Shown here: positions 23,312-36,887 of the stretch, one piece after another
Position numbering within the stretch: the first letter of the stretch is position 1
Layout: every line of letters begins with the position of its first letter
Assembly (NCBI GenBank): GCA_013239625.1
Contig: MU053754.1
Coordinates: 741,379-805,378 of the forward strand
Reading direction: 5' to 3'
DNA length: 64,000 nucleotides
Source of the DNA: Lama guanicoe
Taxonomy: Eukaryota
Position numbers and translations under genes: made by a program
The notes under the pieces: model-generated
What the model was told of the DNA's origin: nothing
Seen by the model: the letters and a program-made list of their open reading frames with translations, nothing else
The model's database searches: none

Positions 23312-26300
23312 GATTTCTGTGTATTTGAAGGAAGGTGACACGGTGATTGTAATAGAAAATTTGAGTAAGTTCAGGAACAGAAAGTAAACGACAGAGCCTC
23401 TGTAAAATCCGTTTGATTACAAATGTAACATGTGCCTGTTGTTTACAGAGATGCCACAAGTCAGGCAGGATGCTGTCAAGTGCGCTCTCTGCCCATCTCG
23501 TGCTGGAAATGCGCTCCCTGGCATGAGTGAGCTCTGTAGCAAGTCTCCCGCATTTCCTTAATCAGAAACACAATCACGGTTTTCGTAACAATAGTGCGAG
23601 GACCTTCCCTGCTGCTTGGTTTTTCGGTATTTGATATACATGAGATAATTTTTCTTATTTGATTTTTCTTCAGATGATGAGCAGCCTGTGACGTCTAGTG
23701 TAAGCGTGGACCGTCTGCCAAGTCCGACCCCACTTAGGTCGTCCTTGGCGTCTCCCTGTACTAAATGTTATGTCTGTCAGCTCATCAGAGAAGGGCATCC
23801 AGTTCCACAGGATAAGCCCACCTTCCTGGCTCAATCATCTGCCGGAGCTCTCTGTCTCTTCCACTTAGCCGTGACTGCGCAGGCAGCTCTGGTACACAAA
23901 GGCATTTAGCACGAGTCAGGTCCAAACACTGGCCGATCAACCTCTTGGGAAGGAGGTGTATGGAATAGACGTTAGCTTTGGAAATGCTTCCCCTCTACGA
24001 GCAATCTCATCAGACCATGTAATTCAACCTGTGCTGAGTGTCTTTGAAATAGGCTCTCTTGCGGGGCTGTCAGGAGGCCACAGGCAGCTGTGGGCAGCAT
24101 GTTGCAGTGCTCTCTGTCCATCAGTGTGGACGAACACGAAGAAGAGGAAATGCTAGAGGCTGTCCGACGTTGACCAGAAATGAGTTTATGTGTTTATGTT
24201 TATGTTATTTACTTGATAATATAATGCAGTGGATGATTTCCAAATCATGACTTCTGAGTCTTTCCATATGTGCAGGCACTAGGTATGTTGAGTATTTCAA
24301 CTCATCCTGCTGTGAGTCCTCCCGTTAAGTAAAAAGTGATTCTTTTGTATAAGTTATCCATCTCTCTCTTGATAAACTTTGGTTTTGCCCTCCAATATGT
24401 ATTATTTTTTTTTAAGGAAGAACCACTTCAAAAATTAATTTGATTTTAGCAAGCTCAGAGTTGTTTTTTCATGTTGGAAGAATCTCAACTTTCAGCTCAC
24501 CAGTTACCGCAAAGAAACAAAAATTTCTTCCTTTGTAAAGAGACTATGATTTTAAAGATGATGAAGTTGCTGCTACGTGATCAGTCACGCAAGTAAAGGA
24601 GCCTGCGGGACTCTTTATTCAAGAGCCGCCTTCTCAACCCCACCCTGCAGGCCTGCCGTCATGTGTGCAGTTGAAAAATGTGCACATGGATTTTAACATG
24701 AAGTTGTCTATGAAAATATAAAATGCTTGGTGATTGGCAGTGATCTCATAAATGCTAAGAACTTTTCAACATGGAGTGTGATACTCCTGTTGGAATTAGG
24801 TTTATGGAAATGCTCAGCAGTGTGCTGCCAAATGGTGTGTATTGCAGGCAGTGTCTACTGGTTACTGGCGTGGGTGTGCACAACTCACAGACTTGGTGTA
24901 TTAAAATCAGGAGAAGCGAAGAGGCCTGAATTGGCCAGCTGGCACAGGTTACATTTAGAGCAAGATGTCTCACTCACCAAAACAAAGTAAATTTGCAGCT
25001 CATTAGTTAATTGGGTAATTGTATCCACGAAGATGCAGTCCAGTACTTGACTCAGTAGGGGATATTCTTGACACTTGTCTGAGATTTGTAGGTTGCTGAA
25101 TTTTTTTGAAAAGAATTCTGCAGGTTTGAAATCTCTTTATGACTCTGCCTGAAGTTACTCTCTCTGATTCCGTACTTCACAGTTTTTGAGATTTAAAATC
25201 TGTAGTTTCTTTTGCAGTTCATATCACCTCAGAGACTTTTGCCGGTAAATTAAAATAGCATAAAGTCAGTTGTTTTTTAAATATAGACATAGGTATCTAC
25301 ATATTTTCCCTCACCCTCACCTACGGACTTACACCTATGTCGATAGGCATGCATCTCTTCTGAAAGAACTACTTCAAACCAAATACTTCAAATCGCTCTT
25401 ACTTAAATAATTGCAAATGGCTCAATTATAAGTGGAACTTAGTCACGTTACCCTCGATAGAAATCTTGGTAGGACTCAATGCAGTGGCGTGAACTTCTGT
25501 GTAATACTGAGCGTAGGATGTAAGAACAGTGAAAACTCGTGTTGATCACACCTATGGCTTTTATGCTGTCTACGTTTTCTGTATTTTGTGCAACTTAGGA
25601 CTTGCCAATATAATGAAAAAAACAAACCTCTGTCCCCTGCTTAAAACTTACAGGCACTTGCCTTCACATCCAGGGTAAACCTCAAACATGTTGGTTGGCA
25701 CTGTGTAAAAGTCTTGAAAACTGAGGGAAGCTCACTGAGCCTTTTTTTTTTTTTCTCCACTGGCCCTACTCCCACCTCCCCCTCTTCCTGCTACATCTCA
25801 TATCAGCTTCTCCTGAAGAATCCAAGAACTCGATGGAAATACCATACACTGGAAGACTCCTGGGATGTGTTAATCAAGTTATTTCCTGTATCTGGAATCT
25901 TATTCCACTCTCTCCTTGGCAGGACCCTATAAAACCCAGCTCAGCCGTCCCCTGACCCTGTCACAAGAGCCTCTAAGCCGAGTTCATCACTCTCCATTCT
26001 GTTTTTCTGTAACATCTCATACAATGGCGAGTCGATAGGTTCCTCCCTACTCAACAGCTCTTCATAGCAGGGCAGGGATTTCAGTGAGACTTAGAGCTTG
26101 GTTCTGTGTCTCCATTTCTGTTGGGCATGTGTCAGATAAACGGAATGATGTGACTGGTAGGATCATCTTGCTGTAAACTGTACAAACCGGAAGAGCAGTA
26201 AAAGTGTTAGGGTGTTGAGCTTTTCTGTGAAAGGTTTCGCACCATGAAATAAGGACCAAATAGATCATAGTCACATTTCACAGAGCTGTCGTATTTTAAT

Positions 26301-26557
26301 TTCAGGTAGCCCCCTTACATTGCATTGATTAAAGTGTGATGAAATCCAAAAAAGCTACACAGTATGGTATCGGTTTACTTTTTTTCCTAAGAAATACGTG
26401 AAGCTATAGACAGGCGTCTATATGCAGGGCGCATCCGTGGGCTGTTGGAGCAGAGCTGGTCAGCACACCGCCCCGGGGACTGGTATGGGAGCACACGGAA
26501 CCGTCTGCACAGAGAATACTTTCTGCCTATCTGGTGGGGTCCCACAAACATTCTTAA

Positions 26558-27340
26558 ATTTATTAATTTTTTAAGTTGAAGTATAGTTGGTTTACAGTGT
26601 GTTAGTTTCTTGTGTACAGAATAGTGGCTCCATTTTATGTGTGTGTGTGTGTGTATATATATATTTTTTTTTCATATTCTTTTTCATTATAAGCTATTAC
26701 AAGATATTGAATGTAGTTCCCTGTGCTGTACAGTAGGACCTTGTTGGTTATCTACTTGGTATATAGTAGTGTATATCTGCTAATCCCAAACTCCCAGTTT
26801 ATACCTCCACCCACCCTTCCCCCCCAGTAACCCTAAGTTTGTTCTTTGTCTGTTTGTGAGTCTGTTTCTGTTTTGTAATAAGTTTATTTGTGTCATTTTT
26901 CTTAGCTTCCACATGTAAGTGACATCATGTGGTATTTTTGTATCTCTTTCTGACTTACTTTCACATAGTGTGACAATCTTCAGGTCCATCCATGTTCCCG
27001 CAAATGGTGTTATTTTATTCTTTTGTATGGCTGAGTAGTATTCCATTGTGTATATATACCACAGCTTTTTTATCCATTCATCTGTCGATACACATTTAGG
27101 TTGCTTCCATGTCTTGCCTGTTGTAAATAGTGCTGCTGTGAACATTGGGGTATCTTTTCAAATGAGTGCGTCTTTCAGATGTATGCCCAGGAATGGGATT
27201 GCTGGATCATAGGGTGAGTCTGTTTTCAGTTTTTTAAGGACTGTCTATACTGTTTTCCATCCTAGCTGCACCAAACTACGTTCCCACCAACCATGCAGGA
27301 AAGTTCCCTTTTCTCCACACCCTCTCCAGCATTTATCATT
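26558..27340 (-). mobile_element. 5'-truncated artiodactyl/camelid L1 (ORF2 C-terminus plus 3'UTR)
   Basis: ORF 26780-27145 (MFTAALFTTGKTWKQPKC..EWIKKLWYIYTMEYYSAI) is the L1 ORF2 C-terminus; TSD ccacaaacattcttaa (26542-26557) / ccacagacgtttttaa (27341-27356). Confidence 0.94.
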
Positions 27341-30300
27341 CCACAGACGTTTTTAAGTCTGAGTACATACTTGCCTTTTGAGTGAAATTCACATATGCAT
27401 TATGACTGCATCAAACACAGAGCCAGAATCTGAAAGTGTTGGGACCACTCAGGTACATTGAGACAAAGGACTTTTCGATTTTTCTAAAAAACCCTGAACC
27501 AGTTTTATAAACTGGCATATTGCACGGAACCCTGAAGCAAAGACCTACGAAAGCAGAGCTGATGAGGTTGAGTTGGAAGGCCCACATATCGTATTCATGC
27601 GGAGTACAGCATGGGGTGGTGGGGAAAATGGCACCTGCTCTGGTGCCTCGCCCGCGCTCCTCTGGGTGTTGGCAGAGACTACTCTGTGCAGCCCTGGGGC
27701 TCCATCATGTGCAGCGTGGAAAACCAGCGACTGCAGACTCACTTCTTTATTCTACCTAAGGCAGCAGGAGCCAGTTGCTAAGGCAGGCACTCTCATAAAA
27801 GGTTCTTGTGGGTGGAGAGTGGGAAAAAAAGTCATCCTATATTATATATAAAACATGAAATAATACAGTATATAAATAGATAAAAGGATATTCATGGGAT
27901 TAGAATTTCATGGGGTGTTGATTAGGAAAAGTCTCCTTGGAGGGCAGTAACAGTAATAAAAAGTTTCTTCACTAACACTGTAGCGGATGGGGTGAGGCTT
28001 GACTGCTCAGAAGGTGAGAGCAGCGAGTCTGGAGAAGTTGGCCTGATGGAAATACCACAGAGGAGAAATGTGCCCGAGGGTCTTCTAGGGTAAGAGTGGA
28101 TCCAGTGAATTGTGCAGCTCCGAACTAAGTGAACAACGAACGCAGAGGGAAACGCTTCCTCCAACGTTGCCTCTGCGTGTCACATCTTAAGGACCTTGTC
28201 CTAACCCTCAAAGACATCTTGACCATATCCTCATGCTGTCCAGACATTGCCAGTCACAGGAGCAAGACTTGCTTTTGCAGCGAAGTCTCATTTTCCTCAT
28301 ATTAAAAGGTCCCACCCCGTTTCAAGCTTGGGTCCCGTACTAAGCGTCTCTTCTTCCCCAGCCTGTGGGGGAGGGACTCACAGAAGGGAAGGGTCCAGGG
28401 TTTGACTCTTCTCTCTGCCTCCTTTTCCCACTTTGCCTCTTCCAAAGTTGGAGCAGGAAATAAAGAAGAATTTTTAAAAGGGGGAATCATTGGTTCACGG
28501 AACTAGTCTTGCTCTTTCAGGGTTCTCTTGTGAATGTGGGTGTACTGAGTGACTCCTCCCCTCCGCCCCACGCAGCTTCCTGGTAAATGACATCTGTGTT
28601 GCCAAAGACTTGTTCACTCTATGGTTTGGATAAAGGCATTTAACTCTGCATTACATAACATACTAGTTGTGAGGGGGAAAACAACCCCATTGTGTTGATC
28701 TATAAACATTTTCACTCATTCTTATTTAATTATTTAGGCCAAGTGACTTCACTGTGAATGTTCAGATCCAGTTTTTAAAACCCTTCATTATGCTACCTGG
28801 AAGCATTTGAACCCATGGGGCCAATAAATGCTACATGAGTATAATAAAAGAGTTCAACTCGATCCCAGCTAAATAAGCTTCTTTTTAAAATTGTTGAGTC
28901 TAACACACAGGTGAGTCTTTTTGAACGGAAAGAAAAGTACTCTGTCGTACGAAATAAGTCAAGGTTCTGTCCTAAGGTAGCCAAGCCTGTGTCTACAGGG
29001 CATAAAGAGGGTCAGAAGGTTTGGCATCTCTGATCTCGGAACTCTGGTTCCACACCCTTTTCCTTCTAGCCAACACGTCCTTAAGAACCCAACTCCAGCC
29101 GAGCCTTGAGCCAACACTAAGGTCTGAGTGGCCTGCCTCTGGCAGGACCCAGCATAGCTCTCCCATCCTTTACACAGAACTTTCCTTGATAGGGCCCCTC
29201 CTTCCAGAGCCACTATTTATGTGTCATGTGCAAAACAACCTTTAAACTTCTGCATGGAGGGTATTTACGTTTTCTGATTGCTTCTTCCAGAGATCAGTGT
29301 GTTCCACGGTTCGCTGAACTACCTCGGAGAGACCCTGAATGGAAGACTCCGATCCCTGTGGAAGGGATGTGAGCAAGCCGTTTAGGCATACCTTCAGGGA
29401 GCTTTTTGGAGAGAGCTTTCCTAGTGAATCTTCAAATCCCATCACAGAAGGGAACTCTGAGTCTTTGTTTGTGTCATCTGGACCCAGATGTACCACTTGG
29501 CTCATTTCTTTCTCTGTATCCTTCAGGTGTTCTGTTTTCTTTCTCAGTTTGACGCTCATTACTGCCTTTGTTGATTATGCAGTAAAGTGCAGTTTCCTTC
29601 TGTGCACTGGATTACTTGTTTATTTGGGGGAGAAGAAAGAAGCTTATTTTTTTGGTGGCCTGAAAGACTCCAGAGAAAATACTGGATTGGGTTTGGTCCA
29701 TCGCTCAGGTCTCCCTGCTGTAGACTACAGAAGGGATGAGTTTAAGATTGTAGCTAAATATAGATTTTTTTTTCTTGTGTTTAAATTACTTTTATTCAGG
29801 ATGAAAAATGCAACACGTAACCAGTTTAGATGATAGTCTATGATTAGTTCTGTAGCACATGTTGCAAAAGAACTGCATGCTTACTTCCCCTTGTTGTCAC
29901 CGCAAAAGCTCTATTTTTATTTGGTATGACTTAGGTTACAATGTCAATACAGATAGGATACCTTCATGCAGGGCTTCCATCATAGATCTGATTCTCTAAA
30001 ATGAAACTGTCTCTTAGAACAGCGTGGTACGGTTCTCTTAGATAAGAGATCTTTTTCTCTTCTGTGGATACAGCCAGTTAAGATCTGGGAAGCAGAACGC
30101 TCTGATTCTGACTTACTATATGCAGAAGTAGTGTGGCTGATGCAGAAGCCGTTTACTCTTTGAGTAATTAACTATCATCCGTTGCATATTCCACCCATGG
30201 ACATCTCCATCCATGTCAGGGTGGAGAAATCGCACTCTTCTGTTTCCTGATCTCTTGGTTGAAACACAGTTGACATCATCTGAAATGCGCCACAGCTTAC

Positions 30301-33059
30301 TCCAGTTGGAACTTACCTAGGGCATCACTTCTTAAGTTAGCAGGATGCTTTTCAGAGTGCAGAAGAGGAGACCTTTTCCACTGGAGATCCGCATTCACAG
30401 AGGGAGCCCAGGAGTCCCGTGGGAGGAGGTCTGGTGGAGTAAGATGAATCCCAGGAAGCTGACTTGTGTGTGTTCCTCCTTCTCAGTTATTTACTTCATA
30501 TCAAACTCTGTGTTTTCTATCTCTGCACGTAAAGAAAGCCTGTTAAAAAAAAAAAAACCTCTTAATTCTGAGAAGATAGAAATGAATTTTTACAGAGGGA
30601 GAGAGGAAAACAGACACTTTCTTTAGAGAAGAAGGCATTTTACATCCCAGTAAGAAGTGATTCTCCTTTTTCTGGTGAAAAAGGAAAAAAAATGTAGGCC
30701 CACGGGCCAAGCTGCCATCACCCACCTCAGCCACGGAGAATGCCTCCCAGGGCTGGGAGTGAGGTCGCCACCCCGCGGGGCATTCTCCGGGACTTCCAGT
30801 TGAAGGGAGAACTTGGCGGACGCTGAATATGGTCTCCTCCGAGTCCCCATAAATCAAACCAGGTTTGTCTAAGATTGTGGCATGGGAGAGGCCAAGCTCA
30901 AAGAGACCTAATTGAGGGTGCATTTTACAAAACTGAATCACTGAAGCTTGAACATGTTCTTAAACATAAACGTTCAATTAGACAGAAGCTGTTTTGAATT
31001 GTTCCAGTTAGCAACCTGCCAAGCTTGATTCCTGATGGGATAAGTGGATCATCTAAGTCTCACTGAAGTTCTAATTTTTTTTTTAAGAGTTGTTTGTGTG
31101 TATATGTTTCTATGCGTGTGTGCTTACCATTATTCTGTGTTTTAATCTCTTCCATGTTCATGGTAACGGGTGTTGCCTCCATATTGCTAATGGTTCCCAT
31201 CAGCAGATTCTCTGCTAATTAGAGAAGTCGTCTTCCAAGGGACAATTCAAAGACGTAAATTTCCACGTGAAGGAAAAGGCTATTCCAGAAGCCTTGGTCA
31301 CAGACCTAAAAGGAATAGATGTAAACTGCTGTTAAATGTTTTCCATTTTCCTATTTTGCAGGTATTCTGGCACCAAGAGGGTTCTCCTCCCCCGCTCTTG
31401 GGAAAGTTTAGCATTCTGGGCGCCTCCTCTCCTCACCCAACAAGGGTGTTTTGTGTCTTGATCCCAGTGGAAGAGCCTGGCACACAAACAGCCAGGCCCA
31501 TTCATTCCTGGAGCAGTTTTACATATGCAAGACTGAAGCCAAGATTAACGTCTTCATCCCAGACGTGCTCATTCAGATCCTTTCGGGTAAGTTCAAACCC
31601 TGAGCACGTTAAGATGGGAAGCAGGATTTGAACACGTGTTTCCGATCAATAAGTCTGCTCTTGCTCACATAGGTACCTCTTTGTTGCCATCCAATGATCC
31701 AAATGGATATTTAATAGAACGATGTTTACTTCGTCCAACTGGAGTTCTTCCAAGGGCCAGAGATGGCGTCACCCACCCGGGTGGTCATGTTGGCTCTCTG
31801 CTGGGGCAGGGCCACTGCCAGGCTTGACAGAACCCCCACCCCGACTCCCAGACTCCGCAGCCAGCAGCTTCAGACTGGCTCCCTTTGGAAAGGAAAGCCT
31901 AGACCTCCGCGTGTTCAGTGGCCAGATATTTTGAATAAACCTTATGCCCTTGGTGCCGGCCATTTTTCACAGAGTTCTTTGAGACTTTGATTACAGGTGC
32001 TAAAGAAATGCCCCTTTCATTTGCCACAGAGATGAAGGTTATGCAAGTGAATATTTAAGGTGTACTGGTGGGGCCAGAAACGGTGTGGGATATGAGAGGT
32101 GGGGGCTGAGGCTGAGTGAGGTGGGGGAAAGCTATGGGATTCAGTCCAGGAGGCTAGAGCTGGCTTTGTGAAATGGGCAGGAGATGTGACAATACAGGGC
32201 TGTCTTCTGGGTACCGATGCTAAGACGCTTTGGGTACCAGAGAACTCCTCAAGGCCTAGGTGGGTGGAAAAAGCCGATGTTGTTGGATGAGCTTACCCAG
32301 GGCTGTTTCCAAAAGAGCTGGTAGCTCACCCCCGCTTCTGCTGCTCAGAGCAGCGAAAGAGAAAAGTCAGACCCAAAGAAAGCCTGAGCCATGTTCAGTA
32401 TTTTTCCCTTTCCTACTTATTTTCCGTGTTTTAATAATTTTTACTTTGCAATTTTCCTTTGTTCCAAGAACAATGCCACCTTTATCCTATTTAAATTATA
32501 CCTTAGAGTTTAGATTCAAAAGCTCATGGGACCATGATGTTATTCTCAGGATCCCATTCACCTGAAGGCATAAACAGTAGGTTTTCCAGGTTGACTTTGC
32601 ATTATGCCTTTACCTGTATCTGGGATCCAATTTTAAATACATCTTCTTCTCCAGAAATTATCAGAAAATTTAATGTTTCCCTGCCTTAATGGGATAATTT
32701 ACTAAACTTAATCTTAGTTGGAAAATTCTCAGCGAAACCCTCACGTGGTGAATGTTACATAGAAAATACACAGTTGGTCCATACAGAAGCATGCTGACTG
32801 ATGCCATCTTTTGCTCTGTCTGCTTTTCTCTGCAGTAACACCCATGGTGAAAGGTAGGGACACACAATGATTTACTTTTTCTTGGGTTATCTGCATAAGA
32901 GATGGGGAAGTGACTGCCGTTTGTTATGCGAATGTAACCCTACGGGCTAGATTCAGTTCTACCGAATCCTATCAAAAATACCAAAAAGGCAAGATGCAGT
33001 TACTAGCCGGAATTGGAATCTTTCGCTGGTTCCACCACCTGGGTGCTCTGTGTGCTGTG

Positions 33060-33286
33060 CAGGGGGTCAGTATAGTCTCCCTGTAAAGGGTCAGATAGTA
33101 AGTGTGTTAGGCTTTGTGAACCATAGTGTCCCTGGTTCACCCGCTGAACTCTGCTGCTGTAGCAAGGGCGCATCCGGAGATAGAGAACATGTGAACAAAT
33201 CAGCATGCCTGTGTTCCAATAAAACTTTATTTACAAAACTAGGTGGGGGCCATGTTTGGCCTGAGAGCCATTGTTATCCAACCCTT
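33060..33286 (-). mobile_element. MER58A-like MITE (hAT-Charlie)
   Basis: ctgtaaagggtcagatagtaagtgtgttaggctttg..tgtgttccaataaaactttatttacaaaac; cagggg terminus. Confidence 0.88.
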
Positions 33287-34294
33287 TCACAATATCATAG
33301 TTTTTCTTTAAAACAATACGCCTTTTCCCACTCTGATTTGTCCAGATTTTTCGCCTTTGCAGCATGCTTTGCTGTGCTATGATCCCCCGCCATTGCTGTT
33401 GCCCATAAATTCTAACATATAAAACCGCCTTCATAAACTTCTGCCGTCACCATGCTTCATGGCAAGGTTAGTCTTATGTCAGAAGTTTATTATCCTGCTC
33501 AAAACTGCCTGTTAAACAGATTGCATCGTGGTTTCATCTGGGCAGTGAGGCCTGCAGACATGACTGTGGGAGAGAGAAGAGAACTGGGAAACTCATGACA
33601 GTGTGTGTTTATGGCAAACACAGGGTGAGCTGGTAATACTCAGGAATAAGAACAGTAAGTAGTTATTGCTGGAGCAAAGATTTTGAAAGAAGAAGGTGAA
33701 AGATGTTTCAGGCCTCTAGGAGTTGAGAAAGAAAAGAGGCTCGTTCTTGTTTGCCATTACCATGGTGAAAAGTGTGGCATATGCAGCTCCTTTTTATGCG
33801 AATAAACACAATTCTGTTAACTGACATGATTCAGGGAGGCCTTCTGATTGACCATATTCTGCTGCTAAGTTTTGCATTTTGAGATTTAAGCTTTTAGAAC
33901 AAGGTAAACCTTGTCCTCCAGAAAAACATGGAATGGCCGATGTTCGTCTCTGTATCCCTGTTCCGGCCGCTCCAGGGGTAGGGGAATGTTTTCCTGGTTG
34001 ATTGTGCTGTATCTAACTCACATCACATGACGAGACCTAATAATCAGATAGAGTTGAACCAAAAAGTCAAGGGGAGACAAAGCCCAGTCACCCTTTGTGT
34101 CCAAACGTGGCGTATCTTGATGTGTTCCCTTATTTTCTTTCAATTGATCTCTCCTAACTGGTATCAGGTAATGTTATTTCTTTCAATTTATTCATTGAGT
34201 TTTTCAATCCACTGCCAAGCACCTTATGTTCTCTGCGGTGCACGCATTCCCTTTCGTTGGATTTAGTTAAGCAGCACTAACTCTGGTGGTGAAT

Positions 34295-34460
34295 GTTCTG
34301 TGAGTGCTTGTTAAGTGCAGAGTGGTGCTTTGAAGATGTCTGTGAGTGATATCTCATTAAACTTCTATATAAATGTGGGATGGGTATTATAATAAATTGC
34401 CCAAGGTCACTGATTTGAATCAAAGCGGTTCGACTTTGTGAAGCCGGAGCTGTAAGCTTG
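34295..34460 (-). mobile_element. MIR SINE fragment
   Basis: atctcattaaacttct..aaattgcccaaggtcac..gatttgaatc. Confidence 0.55.
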
Positions 34461-34580
34461 ATGTTGAATTCGAGAGAACTCTGTGCCACAATTCACAGAG
34501 CTCGGAGTATCTGGGAGCAGTGAAGACCAGGTTGTCTTGGGATCAGAGAGTTGACTTTTGAGGAGGCTGAAGTCACTGTT

Positions 34581-34835
34581 TGTATCTGTTACCTGTCACG
34601 GTGTAACAAACTACCACGCGCTGAACAGCTTAAGACATGGTTGTTACCGCTTGTTATCTTAAAACATGCAGTGTCTGTGGGTCGAGAGTCTGGGCGTGAC
34701 TTGGCTGGGTCCTCACACAGCTTCATTCAAGGTGTCAGCTGGGGCTGTGTCCCCGTCGGGAGGCGTGACTAGATGAGGGTCCACTTCTGAACTCCCTCAG
34801 GTTGGTGGAATCTGATTCCTTGTGGCTGTAGAATT
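34581..34835 (-). mobile_element. MLT1 (E/F-like) MaLR LTR fragment
   Basis: tgtatctgttacctgtcacggtgtaacaaactaccac..tctgtgggtcgagagtctgggcgtgacttggctgggtcctc..caaggtgtcagctggggctg. Confidence 0.75.
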
Positions 34836-36787
34836 TGTGCAGAACTAAAAGGGAAAACAGGGGTGGTGACTTCACAGATGTAATCTTAGGGAAAAAGGTA
34901 CCACCCTCTCACTGAGCAAATGAAGGCAAGAAATTGGAATTACTGCATAAGCCACAGAATTTGTGGCAATTTGTTACTTGGCAAGAGAATTAAGATATAT
35001 AGCAACATGACTAGATATCAAAAGCACAGTTTGGGTGAAAATATGAGCATGTAATAGGATATGTATCAACATGATTTACAGAAACATGGAACACACCCAG
35101 ACCACTATACATTTCATAAAGACAGATGAGCAGATGACTCATGTGACTCATATTACATAGTTGCCATTGGGACAGGGAAGGGAATTGAGGTCGGGAATAG
35201 GGATCAAAGGGAACACACCGTAAACAGCGGAGGGTTTTCGACCATTGGTGATAATGCCCAGGGAGCTGACCAGTTTGGCATATAGTTTACCCATCCTCCT
35301 GTACCAGAGACTCACGAGAAGAGATGGGGCTGTATTTTAAAGTATCAGTTAACACATCCCCCCCCCACCCCAAAAGGCCATTAAGATGAAAGTAAACAGA
35401 CAAAAATTACTTCCCCTGTAGATAGACTTAAACTGTTAGAGTTATTTTGGTGACCAGAATCACAGTTACGTTGAATATTGCCAACCCTAGAAAGTTATGT
35501 TTAAAAAAATACCAGCTGGTTCACCTTGAATTTACTGCTCAACCCAGCTAGACAGCCCAGCGCTTCTCACAGCTGGATAATTACTTTGCACATGAGTCAC
35601 GGTACTCTTTCTTTTGTGCTGATGCTCTGATTTCTTTGTCATTAATCTGGGCAGGAAAGGTCACAGAGAAGCAATCTTCCTTTAAAACTGAGAGTTATGA
35701 AAAATAATTATGTGTCAGCCAGTGATGAGAGGGTCTTCTCATCATAAAGTCCAGACTTGGAAAGCAGGTTCTCTGTCGAGGCTTTATAATCCTGACGTGT
35801 TACAGTGGTCGCTGCTCAGTCTGTGTATGCATTTGTTATGTTCAGTGAGGCTCCTCTCCTTCCGCTGTATAGAGGAAACCGAATGAAGCAACAGCAGACT
35901 TTGTCAGGAGCCCGAGTTTGGTGATAACTTCAAGTAGACACTCAGGTTCCTCATTTTCAACTGGCAGTAACTTCCCTGTGGGTGAATAGAGCATCTTCAT
36001 ATGCCCGTGACCTCCGCAGTGGAAGAGATTTGATGAAATGAGTGAAGAACTCCTGTCTGTGTTTTTCTTTCCTAACAGAAGCTCAGAAACAGTGAGTCTG
36101 TGTGAACTATTCTAAATCCTTTTTATGTGGAGCTCTCAGGAAGCAGTGTAGCCATGGCTCAGTGTTAATGATGTTTTGGAAACCCGGTTCTGTTTGAACT
36201 CCTGGGACTTCAAAAACGATGGCTTTACCACAGTGACTCATGTACTGAGTCTGGATGCAAAGTAAACAGGAGTTCCCCCATTTACTGTTTGGAAACTGGG
36301 GGCCTGCAGAAGCCACGTTAAATCTTCCTAACAACTTGTTTATTGCATTGAGCATTTTGATCTGCGGTCGAAGAGGAAGTGTGGGTGGAGAACGCTAGCT
36401 TTAGTCAACAAAAGTAACCTGAGCCACTAAGGATATTTTCATTACCAGTGAGACACACTTTTCTGTTGGTAGTTCAAGTCTGACATTAGTTCAAGGTTAA
36501 AGCAAAATGCTGATTCACTACCCCTCCCCCTTTTTTTTCCTCTTGAGAAAATAGTACATACAAAACAAAAAGTGAGATGAAAAATGAAAGACTCTCTTTT
36601 GGGATAATGTAGTCTTAGTGGGATGAGTCATAAGTAAACAAATAACACCAAAATGAAAAGGACTCTGTGCAGGTATGTTTAAGGTGAAGAGAAAACATCT
36701 GGGGATACATTGTCACTGAGAAAGTCGCCTAAGAGATGGTCTTGAGCCAAGCCTTAAATAGAAAAAGGTGGCCAAGGAAATGTTCAG

Positions 36788-36887
36788 TTTTGGTTTTTTT
36801 TTTTTTAAGTTTTTTTTTTTGGCGGGGAGCGGTAGGGTGGTAATTAGATATGTTTGTTTACTCTTTTTTAGGTACTAGGGTATGAAC
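36788..36887 (-). mobile_element. 5'-truncated Vic-1-type SINE (B box and tail only)
   Basis: Poly-T, then ggtaattag..tgtttgttta..aggtactagggtatgaac, the reverse complement of the SINE 3' half; imperfect TSD gaaatg(ttc)agtttt / gaaatgagtttt. Confidence 0.75.

Noticed and set aside
26780..27145. 121-aa ORF as a host gene (also 39901-40155 and 10943-11401)
   Set aside because: These are L1 ORF2 or L1 antisense translations inside truncated, decayed elements.
30740..30850. CpG island or CTCF site
   Set aside because: The CpG cluster is only about 100 bp and the motif does not fit CTCF core spacing.
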